A DNA stretch of 64,000 nucleotides from an uncultured Gammaproteobacteria bacterium (GTDB lineage: Bacteria; Patescibacteriota; Patescibacteriia; Patescibacteriales; WJLG01), in assembly GCA_964395625.1 (NCBI GenBank), contig CAYNAR010000005.1, positions 6,537-70,536 on the forward strand, written 5' to 3'. The position numbers and the translations under genes are program-made. The notes below the pieces were generated by a model. That model did no database searches. It saw only the letters and a list, made by a program, of their open reading frames with translations, and was not told the DNA's origin. Below, piece by piece: positions 36,898-45,101 of the stretch (positions within the stretch are counted from its first letter, which is position 1; every line of letters begins with the position of its first letter).

Positions 36898-39565
36898 AAT
36901 TCTTAACGCTTAGGACGACTTTATTCTCTAGTCCGAGATCGATTGACACTTTTGATCCTTCTTTAATCTTTCCCTCTATTATTTCCAGCGACAGTTCATC
37001 GAGTATTTTGCTCTGTATAAGTCTTTTGAGTGGTCTGGCTCCAAAGGTTATATCATAGCCCTCGTTGGCCAGCATCTTTTTCATCTTAGGGCTTATTTTT
37101 AGGACGATGTCTTTATTCCTTAGTCTGCTTTGAACCTTGGAAAGCTCTAGGTCGACTATGTTTTCCAAAGACTCTTTGTCGAGCGCTCTGAAAACCACTA
37201 TTTCGTCGATACGGTTCAAGAATTCCAGTTTGAAGTATTCTCTTAATTTGCCGTCTATTTGATTTTTCATCTCCTTGAAATCGTTTTCTTTGGCATTTTG
37301 GCCCTCGTTGTCTTTGAAGCCTATGGAGAATTTTTTGATTATCTCATTACCAAGATTCGAAGTCATTATTATGACGGTGTTCTTGAAATTTACGGTTCTA
37401 CCCTTGGAGTCGGTCAAGCGTCCATCGTCCAATAATTGCAGTAAGATGTTGAACACTTCCGGGTCGGCTTTCTCTACTTCATCGAAAAGTATTACGCTAT
37501 ATGGGCGTCGACGTATCTTTTCTGTCAATTGTCCGCCGTCGTCATGCCCGACATAACCCGGAGGTGAGCCGATTAGCTTGGCTACGCTATGTTTCTCCAT
37601 GTATTCGCTCATATCCACTCTGATCAAGGAATTTTCGTCGTCGAACAGGAAAGAGGCTAGTGATTTGGCTAGCTGCGTTTTTCCGACGCCGGTCGGGCCT
37701 ACGAATAAGAACGAGCCTATTGGTCTTCCTTCCTCGCCAATGCCTGCGCGAGAACGACGTATCGCATTAGCGATCGAATGTATGGCATCGTTTTGACCGA
37801 TGACTTTTTTCTTCAATTCTTCTTCCATGTGCGAAAGCTTGCTGATTTCGCTTTCCATCATTTTGGATACAGGAACACCTGTCCAGCGAGAGACTACTTT
37901 TGCGATGTCCTCGGCGTCTATCTCTTCTTTAAGGATGGATTGTCCTTTTTTCTGGATTTCCGATAATTCTTTTTCGGCTTTTTTGACTTGTTTTTCCAGT
38001 TCAGGAATTTGTCCGTAACGTATTTCCGCCACCTTCATTAAGTCGTCACCGCGTCTTTCGGCTATTTCCGATTGTATCTTTAGTTCGTCTATCTGCCTCT
38101 TGGATTGCCTTATTTTGGCGATGGCGTCTTTTTCATTCCGCCAATGCAATTCTAATTGATTCGCTTTTTCTTTCAGCTCTTCCAGTTTTTTATTTAATTC
38201 TTTTTCCGAGAAGTCGTTCTTCTTGTCTTTGAATCCGCCCATTTTTATTATCTCTAGGCGGCGAATCTCTTTTTTCATTTTTTCCAAATCTTCCGGAGTC
38301 GAGTCGACTTCCATGCGCAAGGCGGAAGTGGCTTCGTCGATCAGGTCGATGGCCTTGTCGGGAAGGAAACGATCGGATATATAACGACTGGAAAGTTTTA
38401 CGGCCGATATTAAAGCTTCATCGGTGATGCGTATGCCGTGATGTATTTCGTATTTTTCTTTAATGCCACGTAAAATATCCACTGTATCCTCCTCAGTTGG
38501 TTCGGCGACATAGACCGGCTGGAAACGACGTTCCAAGGCGGCATCTTTCTCGATGTATTTTTGATATTCTTTGGTGGTCGTAGCTCCTATGGTGCGTATT
38601 TTACCGCGAGCCAAGGCCGGTTTTAACATATTGGAAGCGTCCATAGCCCCCTCACTGGCACCGGCACCGACGATAGTGTGCAATTCATCGACGAACAATA
38701 TGATATTACCATCTTGAGATTCGATCTCTTTCAGGACGGCCTTCAGTCTTTCTTCGAACTCGCCACGGAATTTGGCACCGGCGATCAATGCGCCAAGATC
38801 AAGCGATACTAGTTTGCGGTTGCGTAAATTCTCCGGAACGTCATTGGCTATGATACGTTGCGCCAAGCCTTCCACGATGGCCGTTTTTCCTGTTCCGGCG
38901 TCTCCGATGAGGACAGGGTTGTTTTTTGTGCGTCTGAGTAAGACCTGCATTATCCTTCTGATTTCTGAATCGCGACCGATTACGGGGTCCAGTTTTTTTT
39001 GTTTGGCCAGCTCCGTCAAATCAACGGTGTATTTTTCCAAGACGCGATATCTTACCTCCGGATCCGGATCGGTTATCGTTTTATTTCCTCTTAATTCCGT
39101 TAAGATTTTAGCGACTTGCTCGTATTCCACGCCATACTTGTTCAATACTTCCTTGGCTATGGATTTTACATTGAGAATGGATAGGAAGATGTGCTCGGTG
39201 GAGATGAATTCATCCTTCATTTTGTCCGCTTCTTTTTTTGACCCCTCCAATACGAAAGCAGCCTCAGCGGTTCCTGACACTGTGCCTACATTGCCATTAT
39301 TAAAGGGGGAGTGGTTGTTTATTTGCGGTTTTGCCGGATTCTTTTTGGCCGTCTTTTCCAATTCATCTAAAATTTCTTCATGTATATCTTCGGGGTCTAT
39401 AGCCATTTTTTCGAGAATCGGTTTCACCAAGCTCTCGTCTTGCTCCAAAAGGGAGCAGAGGAGGTGGGAGGCCTCGATATTTACTTGCCCGTATTCTTGG
39501 GCTATTATTTGAGCATTTATTATAGCTTCCTGAGACTTTGTAGTGAATTTATTGAACATATTCAT
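36896..39565 (-). CDS. clpB: ClpB-type Hsp100 chaperone
   Basis: Clp N-domain, NBD1 ([15 protein letters not shown]), long coiled-coil M domain ([13 protein letters not shown]), NBD2 ([15 protein letters not shown]) and GARPLKR. Confidence 0.93.
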   Translation of the reverse strand: MNMFNKFTTKSQEAIINAQIIAQEYGQVNIEASHLLCSLLEQDESLVKPILEKMAIDPEDIHEEILDELEKTAKKNPAKPQINNHSPFNNGNVGTVSGTAEAAFVLEGSKKEADKMKDEFISTEHIFLSILNVKSIAKEVLNKYGVEYEQVAKILTELRGNKTITDPDPEVRYRVLEKYTVDLTELAKQKKLDPVIGRDSEIRRIMQVLLRRTKNNPVLIGDAGTGKTAIVEGLAQRIIANDVPENLRNRKLVSLDLGALIAGAKFRGEFEERLKAVLKEIESQDGNIILFVDELHTIVGAGASEGAMDASNMLKPALARGKIRTIGATTTKEYQKYIEKDAALERRFQPVYVAEPTEEDTVDILRGIKEKYEIHHGIRITDEALISAVKLSSRYISDRFLPDKAIDLIDEATSALRMEVDSTPEDLEKMKKEIRRLEIIKMGGFKDKKNDFSEKELNKKLEELKEKANQLELHWRNEKDAIAKIRQSKRQIDELKIQSEIAERRGDDLMKVAEIRYGQIPELEKQVKKAEKELSEIQKKGQSILKEEIDAEDIAKVVSRWTGVPVSKMMESEISKLSHMEEELKKKVIGQNDAIHSIANAIRRSRAGIGEEGRPIGSFLFVGPTGVGKTQLAKSLASFLFDDENSLIRVDMSEYMEKHSVAKLIGSPPGYVGHDDGGQLTEKIRRRPYSVILFDEVEKADPEVFNILLQLLDDGRLTDSKGRTVNFKNTVIIMTSNLGNEIIKKFSIGFKDNEGQNAKENDFKEMKNQIDGKLREYFKLEFLNRIDEIVVFRALDKESLENIVDLELSKVQSRLRNKDIVLKISPKMKKMLANEGYDITFGARPLKRLIQSKILDELSLEIIEGKIKEGSKVSIDLGLENKVVLSVKN

Positions 39566-39587
39566 AATATGGATTTATTGTCGTATA

Positions 39588-39614
39588 TTAGCACTCTTTA
39601 TTATAGAGTGCTAA
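39588..39614. promoter_or_regulatory. CIRCE element (HrcA operator) upstream of clpB
   Basis: Exact consensus TTAGCACTC-N9-GAGTGCTAA, 22 nt upstream of the clpB start. Confidence 0.96.
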
Positions 39615-39618
39615 TATA

Positions 39619-39648
39619 AATATACATTATATATTATTACGGTGTCAA
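39619..39648 (-). promoter_or_regulatory. Sigma70-type promoter of clpB
   Basis: Minus strand TTGACA-N18-TATATT immediately upstream of the CIRCE. Confidence 0.65.
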
Positions 39649-39675
39649 GGAGATTTTTCGTAAAGAAAGGTTTAA

Positions 39676-39704
39676 TTGACAAGAGTATGAAAATATCCTA
39701 AAAT
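39676..39704 (+). promoter_or_regulatory. Sigma70-type promoter divergent from clpB
   Basis: TTGACA-N17-TAAAAT. Confidence 0.7.
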
Positions 39705-39748
39705 AGAAAAAGGTGTTTTTTGTACATTTTAACTAAAAAGGAGCTGTT

Positions 39749-40057
39749 ATGGTGGAAGTGGTCGGCGAAGATTTGGGCAGTATTATCACCCGCTTGAACT
39801 CTAAAATGGATCAAAAGATGGAGTTTAACGAGTCTTTTTTTGAAGATGTTAAATTTCTTGTTCTTGCGGGTGGAAAAACTGAATGTGTGGTAGATGTAAT
39901 TCAGAGGGTATTCTGTGTCATTAAAAGCAAGAAAATGAAAGAAGAAGTTCCTTCTCCTCTTAATGAAAAAATTAATAAGTTCATAAGAGATTGTTTCGAC
40001 ATAGATGAAATAGGTTATATTAGCTTTAAAAAAGCAAGCCCAAGTCTTTGTCGCTAG
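39749..40057 (+). CDS. Hypothetical protein (102 aa)
   Basis: Has its own consensus promoter, SD AAGGAG and a downstream terminator. No recognised motif. Confidence 0.7.
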   Translation: MVEVVGEDLGSIITRLNSKMDQKMEFNESFFEDVKFLVLAGGKTECVVDVIQRVFCVIKSKKMKEEVPSPLNEKINKFIRDCFDIDEIGYISFKKASPSLCR

Positions 40058-40062
40058 AATAA

Positions 40063-40097
40063 GTTCCTCCCCGATAAAAAGGGAGGACTATTTTTTT
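40063..40097 (+). terminator. Intrinsic terminator
   Basis: GTTCCTCCC-cgataaaaa-GGGAGGAC followed by a T-run. Confidence 0.65.
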
Positions 40098-40138
40098 AAC
40101 AGATGACAAAAGAAGATAAGTCGTTTATAATTAAAATG

Positions 40139-41347
40139 ATGGAAAAAATAACTATTTTAGGGATAAAAATAGACAATATTGATAGGAATGGTGTTGTCGG
40201 CGAAATCGATCGCCTGCTTAATGGCGGGCAACATTTAGTTTTTACCCCTAATCCGGAGATAATATTAGAGGCTAGTAAGGATGAAGAGTTATTCTATATA
40301 TTAAATCAAGCCGATTTATCACTTCCGGATGGTTTTGGGTTGAAAGTAGCGGCTTTCCTGTGTGGTAAAAAGATAGCTAGGGTTTCCGGTTCGGATGTGG
40401 TTGTCGATTTATTGCAGAAGTGCGAAAAAAGTTTAATTCCCGTCGGTTTTGTTATTTGGGAGAATGGGCTGTCCACTAAACAGGATGTCGTAGATGGTGT
40501 AAGTAGGAAGTATCCGAAACTGGAGTTTAAAGTTCAAGTAGGTGGTCGTTCTAATAATTTTGAGCCGAATGAGGAGTTCTTGTCGATCAATCCTGGTGTC
40601 GTATTTTTTGCTCTGGGCTGTCCTTGGCAAGAAAAAAACGCCTATCATTCGATATCTAAGATAGGCTCAGCTAAGGTTTTAATGGGCGTTGGGGGAGCGA
40701 TCGACTTTATATCCGATAAAGTGCGAAGAGCCCCGAAATTCATGCGCTATTGTGGATTAGAGTGGCTATGGAGATTAATTTTGAATCCTGGGAGGGTGAA
40801 AAGGATTTTTAACGCGGTAGTCGTTTTTACTTGGCGCGTTCTTGAAAGCCGGTTCATTCAACCATTTTTGTATCGTTCTTGTGTGTCTTGTCTTTTATAT
40901 AAAAGAAACAGCTCTGGAAAATACGACATCCTTGTTGTTGAAAGACAGGGCGAGCTTGGGCATTGGCAGCTTCCGCAAGGAGGAACCGATGGCGAGGAAA
41001 TTCTTAAAGCGGGGGAGAGGGAATTGCGAGAAGAGCTTAATACTGATAGGATAATTCCCAAACGCGTCTTTAAGCATCTGTATCGCTATAAATTCGGTGT
41101 TGGCGTCGGTATCAAAAAGAATGAAAAAAACGGACGAAATCGTCACATGGGTTACAAAGGGCAAAGATTGGGTTTGTTTATAGGCGAGTTCGTCGGTTGC
41201 GACGAGGATATAAAGGTGAATTTTTGGGATCACTCGGCTTGGAAGTGGGTAGATTCCGAAGACTTGGTTAATCAGGTGCATTTAGTTAGGCGAAGATCGG
41301 CTGAGATTTTTTTGAAAAAATTCAAAGAATTTGTTAAGAAAAAATAA
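40139..41347 (+). CDS. WecB/TagA/CpsF glycosyltransferase fused to an RppH-like Nudix hydrolase
   Basis: TPNPE, PDGFG, RVSGSD, ALGCPWQE, GVGGAIDF and RAP..MR..GLEWLWRL..P.R, then WQLPQGG....E...A.ERELREEL (Nudix box). Confidence 0.9.
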   Translation: MEKITILGIKIDNIDRNGVVGEIDRLLNGGQHLVFTPNPEIILEASKDEELFYILNQADLSLPDGFGLKVAAFLCGKKIARVSGSDVVVDLLQKCEKSLIPVGFVIWENGLSTKQDVVDGVSRKYPKLEFKVQVGGRSNNFEPNEEFLSINPGVVFFALGCPWQEKNAYHSISKIGSAKVLMGVGGAIDFISDKVRRAPKFMRYCGLEWLWRLILNPGRVKRIFNAVVVFTWRVLESRFIQPFLYRSCVSCLLYKRNSSGKYDILVVERQGELGHWQLPQGGTDGEEILKAGERELREELNTDRIIPKRVFKHLYRYKFGVGVGIKKNEKNGRNRHMGYKGQRLGLFIGEFVGCDEDIKVNFWDHSAWKWVDSEDLVNQVHLVRRRSAEIFLKKFKEFVKKK

Positions 41348-41360
41348 TATCATTAAACAT

Positions 41361-42899
41361 ATGGACAATAAAAAGATTCGTACGCGCTTCGCGCCATCTC
41401 CGACAGGCTTCTTGCATATAGGCAATTTGCGCACTGTTTTATTCGAGTATTTGACCGCTAAATCTTTAAAAGGGGATTTTATCCTTCGTATCGAGGATAC
41501 TGATCAAAAAAGAGAGGTGAAAGGTGCCGTCGAAAAACTTATAGATGTCTTGGATTGGGTCGGTATCAAATTCGACGAGGGTCCGCATGTCGGTGGGGCT
41601 TATGGTCCGTATATTCAGACGGAGCGTTTGGATGTGTATAAAAAATTTACACAGCAATTAATTGATAAAGGCGAGGCTTATTATTGTTTCTGTACCGAAG
41701 AAAGATTGGCTAAAATGCGTGAGGAGCAGGAGGCCATGAAGAAACCGCCACGCTATGACCGTTGTTGTCGTGATATTTCGATAGAGGAGGCTAATAAAAG
41801 AATCGCCAATGGTGAAAAATACGTCGTGCGTCAAAAGATGCCGCTTAGCGGTAAATTTACGTTTCACGAAGAATTGCGTGGAGATCTCGAGTTCAATGCC
41901 GAAGAGCTCGATGATCATGTCTTGATTAAATCCGATGGTGTTCCGACTTATCATTTCGCTTCCGTAGTCGATGATCACCTGATGGAAATAACTCATGTCT
42001 TGCGCGGTTCCGAGTGGTTGCCGTCTTTCCCGAAGAATGCGCTTCTATACCGTTCTTTCGGATGGGAAGCTCCAAAATTCTACCACCTATCATTAATAAT
42101 GAATAAAGAGGGCGGTAAGTTGAGCAAGCGCCAAGGGGATGTTGCCGTGGAGGATTTTCGTAAGAAAGGCTACTTAAAGGAGGGTTTGATAAATTTCATG
42201 CTTCTTTTAGGCTGGCATCCGGAAGGGGATAATGAAATAATAAGCCTATCGGAAGCGGAAAAACTTTTTAAACCGGAAAATATCGGTGTTTCTCCAGCTA
42301 TCTTCGATATAGAGAAGTTAGATTTCTTCAACGGTTATCATATTAGGCAAAAGGGTCTCGACGAATTAGTTGATCTTTGTCGCCCTTATTTGAGCGATAA
42401 TCTAGGATTAACCTCTCGTGAGGATAAAAAAGGAGATGAATTTTTGAAGAGAGTTATATTTTTGTCTCGTGAACGTCTAAAGAAACTTTCGGAGATTTCG
42501 GAGCAGACTAGATATTTTTTTACGGAGAAGTTGGAGTTCGATCCGGCTATGCTTGTTTGGCGCAAGTCTGACGCTGCTGGGGCTAAATCGGCGCTTAGCG
42601 ACCTTAAATTAGTCATAGAGGGTATTCCTGAAGATTGTTTCTCTTTTGGTTTAGACGAGTTAGCCGGTGTCGGTTCTATCGAAAATGGTAAGGCTGTGGT
42701 TAATCCGAATGTCGCCAAAATACAGGACATAATCATGGAGTATTTGCAAAAGAATGAAAAAGGGACAGGGGATTATCTTTGGCCCATGCGGGTTGCCTTG
42801 ACTGGCGAGAAGGCTTCTCCTTCTCCGTTCGAGATGGCATGGGCTCTTGGCAAAGAGGAGACGATATCCAAGATAACTAACGCGATCAGCAAGCTTTAA
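41361..42899 (+). CDS. gltX: Glutamate-tRNA ligase
   Basis: RFAPSPTG.LHIG (HIGH), LRIEDTD, YYCFCT, KLSKR (KMSKS) and RVALTG. Confidence 0.97.
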   Translation: MDNKKIRTRFAPSPTGFLHIGNLRTVLFEYLTAKSLKGDFILRIEDTDQKREVKGAVEKLIDVLDWVGIKFDEGPHVGGAYGPYIQTERLDVYKKFTQQLIDKGEAYYCFCTEERLAKMREEQEAMKKPPRYDRCCRDISIEEANKRIANGEKYVVRQKMPLSGKFTFHEELRGDLEFNAEELDDHVLIKSDGVPTYHFASVVDDHLMEITHVLRGSEWLPSFPKNALLYRSFGWEAPKFYHLSLIMNKEGGKLSKRQGDVAVEDFRKKGYLKEGLINFMLLLGWHPEGDNEIISLSEAEKLFKPENIGVSPAIFDIEKLDFFNGYHIRQKGLDELVDLCRPYLSDNLGLTSREDKKGDEFLKRVIFLSRERLKKLSEISEQTRYFFTEKLEFDPAMLVWRKSDAAGAKSALSDLKLVIEGIPEDCFSFGLDELAGVGSIENGKAVVNPNVAKIQDIIMEYLQKNEKGTGDYLWPMRVALTGEKASPSPFEMAWALGKEETISKITNAISKL

Positions 42900-42942
42900 C
42901 GCTTACTGATTTTTGCATTAATAATTGATTAATTTTAAAGAT

Positions 42943-43248
42943 ATGGAAAAAATAAATATCGGAGATATCGAGAAAATTATCATTCCTCTAGAAAGTGATT
43001 TTGGTATAAGTTGCCAAAAAGGAGATAGGTCTTTGGAGCTTTCCGTTCCACCTCTAATCATTGATGGGTTAGATACTTTTGAAATAGCTGAGGCGTTGGA
43101 TGGTTATTTTCCCCTAGGCGCAAGAAAAGTAGAACAAGCCAACGGGTATTATATTGTCGAATTTTCTCTTGGAACAAAATCCGAGGAAATCCAGTCTTTG
43201 GTTAAAAAAATAGAGAGGGCTTACAAGGATAAAACTTTAAAAGAATAA
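42943..43248 (+). CDS. Hypothetical protein
   Basis: 101-aa ORF tightly packed between gltX and asnS on the same strand. Confidence 0.65.
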   Translation: MEKINIGDIEKIIIPLESDFGISCQKGDRSLELSVPPLIIDGLDTFEIAEALDGYFPLGARKVEQANGYYIVEFSLGTKSEEIQSLVKKIERAYKDKTLKE

Positions 43249-43252
43249 CCAT

Positions 43253-44638
43253 ATGTCGACCATAAAAGATATTTTTAAAGGATTCAATGTTCTATTGGAT
43301 GAAAAGATTAGGATTTCCGGTTGGATAAGGACGTCTCGTTCTTCGGGGGAGATCGGTTTCATCGAATTGAACGACGGTACTTTTTTTAAAAGCCTGCAAG
43401 TGGTTTTTGATACTAAATTATCTAATTTTTCAGAGGTGGAGGGTTGGGGTACTGGTTCTTCTATTGAAGTCGAAGGTATTTTAGCGTCATCTCCCGCCGC
43501 CGGACAGCCATTCGAGCTACGTGTCGAAAAGATAAGTTTGATTTGTGCCGCTCCAGAGGATTACCCATTACAAAAGAAGAGACATAGTTTTGAGTTTTTG
43601 CGCGATATAGCCCATTTACGTCCTCGTTCTAATACTTTTTCCGCAGTTTTTCGCCTAAGATCCGTTTTGTCTTTTGCCATTCATAAATTCTTTCAAGAAA
43701 AGGGCTTCGTCTATGTCCATACCCCGATCATAACGACCAGTGATTGCGAAGGTGCCGGAGAGATGTTTCAGGTCACCACTATAGATTTGAAAAAAGCTCC
43801 GTTAGACGAAAAAGGCGATGTGGATTTTAAGGAGGATTTTTTTGGTGCACGGGCCGGATTAACCGTTAGCGGACAATTGAACGGCGAAGCCATGGCCATG
43901 GCTTTCAATAAAATTTACACCTTTGGTCCGACTTTTAGAGCTGAAAATTCCAATACAACTCGTCATGCTTGCGAATTTTGGATGATAGAGCCGGAAATAG
44001 CCTTTGCCGGACTGGCCGAAAATATGGCCTTGGCCGAGGAGATGATGAAATATTTGATTAACTATGTCCTTCGGGAACTGCCTGAGGAGATGGAGTTTTT
44101 CAATAAGTTTATCGATACTACCTTATTAGAGCGTCTTAATGGTATAGTTAAATCTGATTTTGGCAGGATAACGTATACGGAAGCTATAGATATTTTGAAA
44201 AAAGCCGACAAGAAGTTCGAATACCCGGTTGAATGGGGCATCGATCTGCAGACCGAGCATGAAAGGTATTTGACCGACGAGGTCTTTAAAAAGCCACTTT
44301 TTGTAACGGACTATCCTAAGGCGATAAAGGCTTTTTATATGAAAGAGAACAGTGACGGAAAGACTGTGGCCGCTATGGATTTGCTCGCTCCAGGTATTGG
44401 TGAAATAATCGGTGGCTCTCAACGTGAGGACGATTTTAATAAGCTGGAGAAGAGGATGGAGGAGGTCGGATTGAATAGGAATGATTATTATTGGTATTTG
44501 GACTTGCGAAGATATGGAGGGGCACCGCATGCCGGCTTCGGCTTGGGCTTCGAGCGTGCTATTATGTATCTTTCCGGTATGGCGAATATTCGAGACGTGA
44601 TTCCTTTTCCGCGCACCCCGAAGAACGCAAAATTCTAA
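43253..44638 (+). CDS. asnS: Asparagine-tRNA ligase
   Basis: OB-fold, [45 protein letters not shown] and GFGLGFER. Confidence 0.97.
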   Translation: MSTIKDIFKGFNVLLDEKIRISGWIRTSRSSGEIGFIELNDGTFFKSLQVVFDTKLSNFSEVEGWGTGSSIEVEGILASSPAAGQPFELRVEKISLICAAPEDYPLQKKRHSFEFLRDIAHLRPRSNTFSAVFRLRSVLSFAIHKFFQEKGFVYVHTPIITTSDCEGAGEMFQVTTIDLKKAPLDEKGDVDFKEDFFGARAGLTVSGQLNGEAMAMAFNKIYTFGPTFRAENSNTTRHACEFWMIEPEIAFAGLAENMALAEEMMKYLINYVLRELPEEMEFFNKFIDTTLLERLNGIVKSDFGRITYTEAIDILKKADKKFEYPVEWGIDLQTEHERYLTDEVFKKPLFVTDYPKAIKAFYMKENSDGKTVAAMDLLAPGIGEIIGGSQREDDFNKLEKRMEEVGLNRNDYYWYLDLRRYGGAPHAGFGLGFERAIMYLSGMANIRDVIPFPRTPKNAKF

Positions 44639-44733
44639 TCCCTGTTTTGCTGAAGGATGGTTTTTCCGAGAATGATTTTATCGTTCTCGGATTTTTATTT
44701 TATTTATAAAAATGATATACTATCGGTATAGTT

Positions 44734-45096
44734 ATGAACAACTCCAATTCTTCCACTACCTCAATCGTTATAGCGGATATTTTTTGGAATATCTTGTTTT
44801 TTCCTATCTGGTGGTATTCCATCGGGTTAGTAGAATTCTTAAAAAAAATAAAAGTTTTTTTAAGCGATAAGCAAAAGTCGCTCGGCCTTTTCGTTTGGAT
44901 AAAGAATATTTTTGTCCCCATGTACGGACAGAAGGATTTTCAGGGTGTCATGATAAGTATCGTAATGCGCTTCATTCAAATAGTGTTTAGATTTTTGGCG
45001 ATGGTTTTTTGGTGTTTGGTGTCTTTTGTCGCCGTACTAGCGTGGTTGTCTTTTCCGATTTTATCGGTTTGGGGGATATTTTATCAAATCTTTTAA
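44734..45096 (+). CDS. Small membrane protein, probable partner of the downstream Clp ATPase
   Basis: FFPIWWYS and KNIFVPMYGQ.D..G motifs plus a long C-terminal hydrophobic helix. Ends 5 nt before the next ATG. Confidence 0.8.
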   Translation: MNNSNSSTTSIVIADIFWNILFFPIWWYSIGLVEFLKKIKVFLSDKQKSLGLFVWIKNIFVPMYGQKDFQGVMISIVMRFIQIVFRFLAMVFWCLVSFVAVLAWLSFPILSVWGIFYQIF

Positions 45097-45101
45097 TTCT
45101 T

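Noticed and set aside
38772-39512. 246-aa plus-strand ORF opposite clpB (and similar ORFs opposite dnaX, the ankyrin gene and gyrB)
   Set aside because: Codon-mirror antisense ORFs typical of conserved genes.
42620-42720. Apparent ~20-aa insertion in the GluRS anticodon-binding domain
   Set aside because: Too short for an intein and lacks splicing motifs; probably a variable surface loop.
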